Positions 27,201 to 38,135 of a DNA stretch of 64,000 nt are shown here, in pieces. Made by a program: the position numbers and the translations under genes. Under the pieces are notes generated by a model that was not told where the DNA came from, ran no database searches, and saw only the letters and a list, made by a program, of their open reading frames with translations. Origin of the DNA: Antedon mediterranea (Eukaryota > Animalia > Echinodermata); contig NC_092670.1 in the NCBI RefSeq assembly GCF_964355755.1, positions 30,120,388 through 30,184,387 of the forward strand, written 5' to 3'. How positions within the stretch are numbered: the first letter of the stretch is position 1; each line of letters opens with the position of its first letter.

Positions 27201-30200
27201 TAATATTATCGTTTCAAATTAATTAATTAAATTTCAGTTTAGAATTACTGTTCTATGCCTTACACAGCAAAATTCTGATTCTTGTTTTAAGAAAAAAAAA
27301 ACTTGTTTCAAGCAAAATATTTCTTGAAACAAGTAAATTTTGACTTGTCCGTATTTCAATACTTTTTGGCTTACCAAGAATCGTAAAATTCTTAACAAGA
27401 ATCACACAAATTCTTATCAAGAAAATTATTCTTACCAAGAAATAATACTTTAAGAACAATATTCTTACCAAGAATTTAATTGCTTTTTTCATTCTTGTTT
27501 TAAGCAGTATCTGCCTTAAAATAAGTAACAATTTATCGATTTTTTAAAATAGAATTCTTGTTTCAAGCAATATTTTTCTTAAAATAAGTAAGAATATTCC
27601 GATTTATATTTTTAGTTTTCTTGTTTCAAGCAATATATTTCTTAAAATAAGTAAGAATATTCCGATTTGTATTTTATAGAATTCTTGTTTCAAGCAATAT
27701 ATTTCTTAAAATAAGTAAGAATATTCCGATTTGTATTTTTTTGAATTCTTGTTTCAAGCAAGATATTTCTTAAAATAAGTAAGAATATTCCGATTTGTAT
27801 TTTATAGAATTCTTGTTTCAAGCAATATATTTCTTAAAATAAGTAAGAATATTCCGATTTGTATTTTTTTTAATTCTTGTTTCAAGCAAGATATTTCTTA
27901 AAATAAGTAAGAATATTCCGATTTTTATTTTTTGAATTCTTGTTTCAAGCAATATTTTTCTTAAAATAAGTAAGAATATTCCGATTTGTATTTTTTGAAT
28001 TCTTGTTTCAAGCAATATTTTTCTTAAAATAAGTAAGAATATTCCGATTTGTATTTTTTGAATTCTTGTTTCAAGCAATTTTTTTCTTAAAATAAGTAAG
28101 AATATTCCGATTTGTATTTTTTGAATTCTTGTTTCAAGCAAAATATTTCTTAAAATAAGTAAGAATATTCCGATTTTTATTTGTAGAATTCTTGTTTCAA
28201 GCAATATTTTTCTTAAAATAAGTAAGAATATTCCGATTTGTATTTTTTAGAATTCTTGTTTTAAGCAATATTTTTCTTAAAATAAGTAAGAATATTCCGA
28301 TTTTTAATTTTAATATTCTTGTTTCAAGCAATATATTTCTTAAAATAAGTAAGAATATTCCGATTTGTATTTTTTGAATTCTTGTTTCAAGCAATATTTT
28401 TCTTAAAATAAGTAAGAATATTCCGATTTGTATTTTTTGAATTCTTGTTTCAAGCAATATTTTTCTTAAAATAAGTAAGAATATTCCGATTTGTATTTTT
28501 TGAATTCTTGTTTCAAGCAATATATTTCTTAAAATAAGTAAGAATATTCCGATTTTTATTTGTAGAATTCTTGTTTCAAGCAATATTTTTCTTAAAATAA
28601 GTAAGAATATTCCGGTTTGTATTTTTTAGAATTCTTGTTTTAAGCAATATTTTTCTTAAAATAAGTAAGAATATTCCGATTTATATTTTTAGTTTTCTTG
28701 TTTCAAGCAATATATTTCTTAAAATAAGTAAGAATATTCCGATTTTTATTTGTAGAATTCTTGTTTCAAGCAAAACTTTTTTTAAAATAAGTAAACAAGA
28801 AGTCTATCAAATAAAAACCAGTAAATGTTTACTTATTTTAAGAAAAGTATTGCTTGAAACAAGAATTCTATCAAATTAAAATTCGTAAATTCTTACTTAT
28901 ATTGGGAAAAAAATTGCTTGAAACAAGAATTCTATAAAATATAAATCACTAAAAATTTATTTTAAGAACGATAAATGAATACTCATTTTAAGTAATATTT
29001 TACTTAAACAAATAAATTCAAGAATGTTATAAAACATAATATTAACAATACTGTTATTTTCATTAAGAACTACAATTTACATGACATTAGGTACAATAAT
29101 ATATACAACTTCTTTAAAACAAACTTGTTTTTATTAATAATAAAATGCCATCAAAAGAAAACTTAAAAACATTAAAATGGTAAAATACAAATTTCGTAAA
29201 ATTCTTCTCCCGCACCTGGGCTTTAAACTATTAGGTGTCTTTAAATTTAATAATGTATACTAATGATGATTCAACAGCCTTTGTCAAGTGTACAGGTGTG
29301 TTTTCATCACAAATCACTAACTGTTAAAGGATAGTGAGGCCTACTTCTTTTCATTTTGGATAATCGAAATCCAGAAGGTAAAAAGTGGAGAGGAGAGTAA
29401 CTAGAGCCTCATCTAATTTTGCTTTCTTTGTAGTTAGAATTGTTTGCTAAACTTTAATGTAGGCCATTTCTGTGTCCAAAAGCAATACCGGCATATTACC
29501 TGATCGGCGTGAAGACCAGGATTCTGGATCTTTATTCATGTTCCTAAAAATGAAAAGAGATTAATATAGTTTTAGTTATTACTGTATTTAAAATATGTGT
29601 AACATCATCAACTAATTGGGTACGGTGTGGTTTTAGAGTCCTATATCTGGGGCGGTAAACACAAAAACATGACGCAATATTAGAACGGTGGTAAGAATAA
29701 TTTTACATTATAAGACATAAGGGTGGGTGGAATATGCATTTGAACTTTTTAATCACAAACTTTGCCCTGTTTATACCGATCCCAAAGACAGGCCTGGCTG
29801 TATCTATTATTTTTAGTTAAATTATTAGGGTCTAAATTTATTTTTAATATTACTATTTAGGCAAAACGGTGCTCAATCCTGATTGATGTTTTTATTCTGT
29901 ATCAATGTTTATAATAACAATCATACAATTAAATGTAAATTTTGTTTAATTGTTTGATTTTAATAAATTATTGTAAACATAGTATATACCTCGAATTTTA
30001 AGCTAAGATAAATTTGATTTTAAAAAAACACTTTAAGATATTTTTTTTTAATGTACATAATGTTACTTGTATTTTAAATTAAAAAAAACACTAAATACCT
30101 TCAAGGTCGGCAGACTTTTTTTGATGAGTTTTTCCCAACAAATATGTTTGACAGATTTGACAACATATGGGTTATCTTTGAACCTAACCAAAAATAACAA

Positions 30201-33200
30201 ATTGAAAACATTATATTATATAAATTTATTTAAATGAGTGGAATAATGTATGGACATAAACTTGATATACTGTAGCTCAAATTTTTAATAATGTAGCCTA
30301 CAGTTTTGTAGGTGGTCAATGTAAAAGGAAGGGGAAAGGGTGGGCTGGCCAGGAGATCATTAATATGTCAAAAATTAATATTCATAAGTCATTTATTTAA
30401 TTTTAGTTGTCAAAGGGAGGAGTGCATGACACTAGCTTGAGTCGAACCAAGCTGTTAAAAATACGTACACAATATGTACACGTATTTTCCTCACTACCAT
30501 TGGTCCATTATAAAAATATTTATGAATAAATAAAAGTACAAAAACATACACTGTACTTACCAGATGGAGGACTGGTGTTTCTCTTTAAAATACCAAAATA
30601 AACTATATTATTCTCTTCTTTGGAAAAATTTGCTAAGCACTTTTTTAAAAAGCTTTCTTTTGTATTTCATTCCTCTTTGCCTAGTAATAATTAGTATCCT
30701 TCGAACTTCTTCAATTACCTAACAAATAATTTAAGATAAAAAAAGAAATTTAATATAACAATTTTAGTTATGCAGTACGTATGTTTTTTGTTTGTTTTTT
30801 TAGTATGTTTTTTTAAAAATTTAGAGTTAAAAACATTAAGTTTCAATATCGATGTGATCACTTCGGGGATTACTTAGTGTGTACAATTAATTAAATATAA
30901 AGAAGTGTTTTTAAATGTCATTATATTTCTCATTGGAATATGTGTATATAATATAATCCTTCGTAGATATTTCATGGCTACATTGCAAAATATTACTGTT
31001 ACATTATAATTGTATTATCTATTATTAGGCCTTCCTTATACCTAGCTGAAATAGGTCCGACAATATTTGTCCCCTCTGTCAATGTCTGAACTAAAATGCT
31101 AAGCTAAACCTATACACCTGTCCGTCAGTACAGGCATAGTAGGCTAGCCTAGACCTACTAGTTCCAGGCCTACAGTATTACTAAATAGGAAGGAGCCTAG
31201 GCTAGGCCTAGACTGCTGGTAGATTAAAATATAATTATTAGGCCTACGAACCTGTTAAAATGTTGGCCACTTCTTCATCTATTTCTCGGATCTTCAACAA
31301 AGCGTCTTCCTTCGACATTATATTAGACTAATCTTACTAGGCCTATTGAAGCATTTAATATATAAATTGCGATGAAAGGTGTCTTTTACAGTACTTACAA
31401 ACTCTAGATTTTGAATGATTACTTTAAAAAACCGTTGGCCATGATCCCGCCGGGAGCTAGGTCATCGACCACACACAGTGTTGTTTTTCAACTATTATCG
31501 CTGGCCTTTTACCCAGAATGTATAAGGTCATTATACTGCTTAACGTTAAAGCATGGAGGTATAAACCTCCATGGTGGTTAAAGCAAATCTATAAAACGTC
31601 TGGACCAACAGTAATACGACAGACAATAATAATGACACATGTTTGTTGCAGTCCAAAAAAAAGCGATAAGTTGGTGCCAGTAAACTGAAGTAGGTACAGT
31701 ATTTGCTACCCTATTTGCTAAGGCATTATAATTCAATTCATGGAAATACTCCGAATTTTCGAGTAACATGTGGAATTGGTGGTTCGCTGCCCGGCAAGCT
31801 TTGGAATTTACAATTCGTTTTACAAGAATGTCATAAGACGCCATTTTAAGGACGAGTATAACAATCGGCAACCTCCTGCAGTTGACGATGGAAACATCAG
31901 TATATAAGTATGCCTGGAGAAAACGAGGATGCCAATTGAGGATGAAGTAGAACTAGGCCTAGACTAGGAGACTGACGAAGTTAATGAAGAAAAAAACTAT
32001 TATAACGGGGATGATTTATCAACTGACGATAGTAGTAGTGATAATTCTAGTATTGTTATACTGTTAATGATTGTTTAATATTAATTATCTTGTTGATGCT
32101 CAGCAAGAAGGCCTACTAACTAGAGGATGAACAAGCAGATAATAGTATAAAAAATGCTGATTTCTTTCTACTAAAATTAAAGGAGAGAAACAAGATTCCA
32201 CAGGTAAGCCATTTTGCTTTAAAATTACAACAATTATGCATTTTAAACTATTTTTTATTAGAGAAATACGTCTATTTCCTAGGCCTTGCTGGTACTGTTA
32301 TTATACAGGACTATTAGCTATAGTAACTATAGGACTTGGGTACTAGGCCTAGGCATTATACACTCTAAGTTTATGTTGCATTTTTTTGTGACCAATTTCA
32401 TTGTTACAAATAACATTTTTTTTGTTAGGCTGCATAGCTCCCCAACTAAAGCACAACTTAGTTTTTAAACATATTAAAACTTGAATATAAAAAATATTAA
32501 ATCAATATTATTTTCTTTAGGTTGCAGTGCAATCGATTATTCAAAGCACAAACAGTTTGATTACCCAGATTCTTTCATCAGTTGAAACTGAAGTGCTAAC
32601 TGCTCTACCGTTGTGTGAATATAAGGATGACAATCTATTTTAAGTAAAACATTTCTCAAAATAAGTATTTTTCAGAATATTAAAATAGAATTGACTTCAA
32701 TTCAAGCAAAAATAGTCTTGATAGGATATAGTATGATATTGACTTCTTATCTTAAGTAAAACATTTCTCAAAATAAGTATTTTTTAAAATATTGCGAATC
32801 TCAATTTAAGCAAAAATAGTCTTGATAAGATAGTATGATATTGACTTCTTATTTTAAGTAAAACATTTCTCAAAATAAGTATTTTAAAGAATATTGCGAA
32901 TCTTGATTCAAGTAAAAATAGTCTTGATAAGATAGTATGATATTGACTTCTTATTTTAAGTAAAACATTTCTCAAAATCAGAATATTGCGAATCTGAATT
33001 CAAGCAAAAATAGTCTTGATAGGATAGTATGATATTGACTTCTTATTTTAAGTAAAACATTTTTCAAAATAAGTATTTTTTAAAATATTGCGAATCTCAA
33101 TTTAAGCAAAAATAGTCTTGATAAGATAGTATGATATTGACTTCTTATTTTAAGTAAAACATTTCTCGAAATAAGTATTTTAAGAATATTGCGAATCTTG

Positions 33201-36200
33201 ATTCAAGTAAAAATAGTCTTGATAAGATAGTATGATATTGACTTCTTATTTTAAGTAAAACATTTCTCAAAATAAGTATTTTTAAAAATATTGCGAATCT
33301 CAATTTAAGCAAAAATAGTCTTGATAAGATAGTATGATATTGACTTCTTATTTTAAGTAAAACATTTCTCAAAATAAGTATTTTTAAGAATATTGCGAAA
33401 CCTAATTTAAGAAACTTTGTCTTACCTAGAAAAATATTTATTGTTTTAAGTAATTTTTAGAATTCATCAATCTTGATTTAAGAAAAATTATTCTTGATAG
33501 GGATAAATATAATATTGATTTCTTATTTTAAGTAAAATACTTTTCAAATTAAGTATTTTCAAATCTTGTTTTAAGCAAAACTATTCTTAATAAGAAGAGA
33601 ATGATATTGACTTCTTATTTTAAGTAAAATATTTCTTGTAATAAGCATTTTCAAGAATATTGCGAATCTTGATTCAAGTAAAAATAATCTTGATAAGGGT
33701 AGTGTGAAATTGACTTCTTATTTTAAGTAAAATATTTCTCAAAACAAGTATTTTCAAGACTATTGCGAAACCTAATTTAAGAAACTTTGTCTTACCTAGA
33801 AAAATATTGATTGTTTTAAGTAATTTTTATAATTCATCAATCTTGATTTAAGAAAAATTATTCTTGATAGGGATAAATATAATATAGATTTCTTATTTTA
33901 AGTAAAATACTTTTCAAATTAAGTATTTTCAAATCTTGTTTTAAGCAAAACTATTCTTAATAAGAAGAGAATGATATTGGCTTCTTATTTTAAGTAAAAT
34001 ATTTCTTGTAATAAGCATTTTCAAGAATATTGCAAAACTTAATTTAAGAAAATGTGTCTTTTCTAGAAAATTATTTCTTGTTTTAAGTAATTTTAAATCT
34101 TGACAAGAAAAAAAATACTTATTTTAAGAATTTTTTCTTAAAACAAGATTTTTTTTTCTTGCTTAGAATTTCAAATTTTGCTGTGTATGTAGAGAGATCT
34201 ATTTAACAATCAATGTTATAATTAGGTGATCATTTAGAATAAAATGATCTAATATCTCACAGCTTTTCAGAATTAAAGATGACATTAATTTTCATAAAAT
34301 ATTACGAAAGCTCATAAAATATAGATATGAATTCATATTCAAATTGTGCCTACCGGATGTAGTGGAATTATCATAATTATGGCAAGTTGAAGTTAAAAAG
34401 TAGTTTTTTCATCTATTTCGTCAAAGTTATACACATTTTAAAGAGCGCGTACAGCGCTTCTACGTGCCAAATTTTCTACCAAATCTTATATTTATTTGCT
34501 CAATTCATTATCTTCCAAAATTTTCATCTTCAAGTTTTTTTTATAACGCCATCATACCAAAAAATTAGAACATGATGTGGGTCCCGTAATTTCAACTATG
34601 TTACACTATATATAAATATACAGTATACTGTATATATTATGAGACATATTAGGCACAGACTATAAGCATACTATAATATGCATCAGGTCATAGGATGAAC
34701 ATTTTTACGATCGTATTTTACGTACGTGGATGTTTTCTAAATATTAAATGTCAGTAAAATGATATAATTCGTCAAAGTGACAAATTAAATTCTAGTTAAA
34801 CATTATTTTACCCAGTAAATTACAAATTCCATTCCATTCATGTTTTTTTTTTATTCAAATGGACCTAAGAAATATTGCATAATTTATGTTGTTTCAGAAT
34901 GCTTATAGGCAACAACATTACTTTTATCGACGAATGGGCATTTAGAAGAACTAATCTTCGATTTCTGTAAGTCAGTTGTATAATTTAATTAGATCAACAT
35001 TTTGTCGTTGTGTATCGTGTACGTTATCGTGTTTATTATTGGAATTGTTTACGTGTCTGTATCCAGTTAAAACAGAAACAAGTGAAAATTCAACAATTTT
35101 TTGTTTTACTTTTCAGATTCCTTTATGGGAATAGAATTACAAACCTTTCGTTGGAAACACTAAAAACAAATGACATAACGCTGGAATTCATGTGAGAGTT
35201 TGATATTTTTAATGTAAAATAATGGCGAAAAAAAAAACAAACATGGCAAATCGTTTGTTACAGTGAAAATTTTATATTTTTATTTTCAGATATATTTTTG
35301 ACAATAAATTAGAAAAGATTGAGGAAAATGCGTTGTCACATATGGTAGAAAATGGAACAATGTACGTTGACAGGAATGTTTTTTTTTTTATTAATATATT
35401 ATTATAATACCATCCATATTATAACGTTAGCATCAATGTGTAATTCATTTAGTATTGTCTTTATTCAGATATCTTAACTGTGGTGGCCTAAGGTCAATTC
35501 CTACATACATTGGGAAATCTGTTAAAACGTAAATATCATTTTAAAATACAATTGTGAAATGGATTGAATGCATAACTATAGAGTATAATAGGTCTATTAC
35601 GTTACATAGCCTAACATAGAACGTTTCAACTTTGCAATGTTGAACTGTTTTAACCAACATTAATTGTCAATATTGGGCATTTCCGGTATTTCTAGTGTTT
35701 GTGTTACAGAAGATACAGAAATCGATATACAGATTGAAGGGGAGTTATTGAAGTTTATTCGCAGGGGAACTGGATTGTCTTGTAATTTGAAAACCTTCAA
35801 GTGCAGTCCTTGTAAGGAAGGGACATACAAGATATGTAATAAGTACGAGTTTAAATGTCTAATGTGTCCTCCAGGTAACGTACAGTGCAACTAACTTGTA
35901 TTTGTCTTTTTTTTATTCATTATTTGCTCTAGTATTTTGATACTTTGCCAACAAATATTTCATCAATAATATTATACGTAACTGTGCAACAAACAAATAT
36001 ACGTTCATGATAGAGTATTGTCCATGTATTTTTGTGCTACAATGATCATTTAAGTCAATAATATAAATACGAATATTTAGTAGAAATATACATTATCAAC
36101 AGTATGGCTGTTATTTCTAGACTAATAATTCCTTACAGGTGGCTTTTATCAAGATAGAAGAGGAGTTATTGAGAGGAACAATTATACAGAAACATGCAAA

Positions 36201-38086
36201 CAATGTCCTATTGGAAGTTTCTCAAATCATGCAGGAGCAGCGTCCGTTGCCGATTGCCAGACGTGTCCATCTGGAACCAATACCAGTACATTTGCTAATC
36301 TAAACGCTTGTTATTGCCTTGATAATTTTCATAGAACTGATCGTTTTGGCCGATGCTTTCCATGCCCGAAGGGTGTTACATGTAACAGAGGGTATCAAAA
36401 TCTAACAAAGGGTTACTGGTGGTCATGGGATTTTCCTGTTGATTGTAATGTAGTTGAAGATCAAAGCAGAAGCTCTTGTTTATTGGCGTACACCAAATTT
36501 ATAAACAATATACAAAATGACAATTTTCCCGTTGAAAATCCAAGCATACTAAAAGATGCTGTATACACAGGTCCGTTACCACAAGTACATATGTGTCCAC
36601 TAGGAGAAAAGAGTTGTGCTGTTGGATTGAAATTAAATGAAACCTGTGCCGAAGGATACACTGGTTGGCTTTGTGCTGCATGTTCAAACGGGCATTATGA
36701 GCTATTTAACACATGTCATAAATGTCAAGGGCCAGCTGTGACTGTAGTGATATTTCTCAGTATTTCCTTGGCAATAGTTGGATTGATTGTCTTTATATGG
36801 AGAATGCAGAAAACATATGCAGATAATCAACATTTTAAAATAGATTCATTTGTAACGTATATAAAAATAGCTATTAATTTCTATCAGGTTTTAGGAATAC
36901 TATCAGAAGTAACAGAAATTCATTGGCATACTAATTTTGAGTATGTTGGCCAAATCCTTCAATACTTCGACGTCATAAGGTACATAAGTATGTTAAGTCC
37001 AAGATGTTTACATGAATCTTGGAATGCGTACTCGTCGCTTCACGTTGCTATGGTTACGCCACTTGTCATAGTGATAACCATGTCCACTATTTACATCAGT
37101 TGGTACATTTGGAATAAGTTCCGTGGAATAGTAACTGAGAGCCACATACGTGACAAATGCATCGTTATATCAATGCTGCTTCTTTACCTTACGTATGCAA
37201 ACACATGTGCTGATATCATGGCGGTAGGACCATGGTCAATACGTTTATTCAACGTTACATCAGATGGTAAAGTCAATAAAACGGTACTAACATCCGACTA
37301 CTCAATTGATCTGGATAAAAATGATGGATCTACATATCAAACTAACAAAATACTAGTCTATGTTGCTTTATCATACATTTTTGGCTTTCCATTGGTAATA
37401 GTTGTTATGCTATACTATAAACATGTACGTTGTTATCAGCATAGCGAAACCCACAGCAACGGATGGATGATTGGTGTGCGGTTCTTTTGTGGACAATATA
37501 AACATAAATTTTGGTTTTGGGAATCATTTGAGCTGTACAACAAGGCTCTGTTGGCATTAATTGCAAACTTGAGAGACGACGTGTCTTCTAGCCTGTCTTA
37601 CTCCCTCTTTGTTACGGTACTATTTACTGTATTACATTTATATCTTGAACCAATGAAGGAGAAATCTGAACAAAGATTCCAACAGTTGACACTTACCTTC
37701 ATTGTTGCCAATGTATCCATTGGGGCGATCATAAACTTGGACCAGACTGACAACGGAGATGATGTCATCGAATTAATTCACAAGATTACTCCAATCATTT
37801 TACTTATGCTGAATGTATCTATCATGCTTGTCGTAATCGGTACGTTATTTCAGCATAAGTAATGCCATAACAATAAAAAGTTACAATTTAGCCAAATACA
37901 ATTGTCGTATTTCTTGCGTATGTACAAAACGCTCTGAATAAAATAGTTGAATTTTGATAACCTGCTTTTATATTTGTAGTTGCTTTTGTGAAGAAACTTA
38001 AAACGGAATGTTTCAGCCATGAGGAGGAACCAGTAAGACTACTTCAAATCCGTGGTGATGATTCAGAAGAAGACGTGTATTGGTGA
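15212..38086 (+). CDS. LRR / Cys-rich / multi-TM receptor-like protein, paralog 2 (complete, 19 exons, ~1098 aa)
   Basis: Exons 15212-15411 (signal peptide + LRRNT CECT...[16 protein letters not shown]), 16407-16478, 16699-16758, 17480-17548, 18510-18581, 18696-18764, 20521-20598, 24054-24128, 25656-25724, 26308-26379, 26598-26660, 26963-27097, 34898-34966, 35117-35191, 35290-35361, 35469-35528, 35696-35874, 36139-37839 and 37980-38086. All are GT-AG and sum to 3297 nt with an open frame. Additional small exons could have been missed. Confidence 0.88.
16831..17366. mobile_element. MITE (PIF/Harbinger-like)
   Basis: Imperfect TIRs ACTTCTTTCAC...AAAACTCCG / GAGTTG...GTGAAAGGAGT, with internal ACTCCGG motifs. 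Confidence 0.5.
20800..23820 (-). mobile_element. Highly decayed Penelope-like element split by a LINE insertion
   Basis: Minus-strand remnants [25 protein letters not shown] and FNSHHPLE at ~23340-23700. GIY-YIG-type tail ([13 protein letters not shown]) at ~20970-21110. Similar to the element at 48570-51083. Confidence 0.65.
21150..23212 (-). mobile_element. Rex1/Babar-type (CR1 group) LINE, degenerate, with internal deletions and an inversion
   Basis: APE motifs ([27 protein letters not shown]), RT motifs ([15 protein letters not shown]) and C-terminus RLYFLRKL...FYKSVMES. The RT piece [19 protein letters not shown] lies on the opposite strand (~22006-22268). Confidence 0.9.
24443..25368. 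mobile_element. Academ-like non-autonomous DNA transposon
   Basis: Termini TAGTGGGGTGCCTTA...TAAGGCACCCCACTA, ~220-bp TIRs, 3-bp TSD TAA. Confidence 0.85.
25802..26244. repeat. 44-bp minisatellite, 10 copies
   Basis: Unit TTTATAGTATAATTATTGGTGCTACCAGGGCTCAGTCRCACAGG, head to tail with no spacers. Confidence 0.97.
27550..28800. repeat. ~63-bp tandem array (left subterminal repeats of the EnSpm element)
   Basis: About 19-20 copies of AATTCTTGTTTCAAGCAATATTTTTCTTAAAATAAGTAAGAATATTCCGATTTGTATTTTTTG. Confidence 0.95.
32635..34100. repeat. ~100-bp tandem array plus higher-order duplication (right subterminal repeats)
   Basis: Repeats of TTTTAAGTAAAACATTTCTCAAAATAAGT...GATAGTATGATATTGACTTCTTA. 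Confidence 0.93.
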
Positions 38087-38135
38087 AAATGTACAGTTGG
38101 TCTGTTTTTATGCCAAATCAACGGAATTACTTACT

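Larger units (their letters stand above)
27263..34185. mobile_element. EnSpm/CACTA (CMC)-type DNA transposon, internally deleted, with two divergent pseudogenes
   Basis: Termini CACAGCAAAATT...AATTTTGCTGTG flanked by TA, with long subterminal tandem arrays. Plus-strand transposase N-terminal remnants ([31 protein letters not shown]; [14 protein letters not shown]|VAVQSII). Minus-strand second-ORF remnants ([22 protein letters not shown]; [18 protein letters not shown]). Confidence 0.8.

Noticed and set aside
27253-33372. ORFs 27818-28204, 28197-28583, 32784-32975 and 33145-33372 with Leu/Ile-rich repeats
   Set aside because: They are translations of transposon subterminal tandem arrays, not LRR genes.
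10196-36687. Duplicated antisense ORFs (10196-10444, 10282-10470, 36461-36661, 36499-36687)
   Set aside because: They are shadows of the conserved sense exon.
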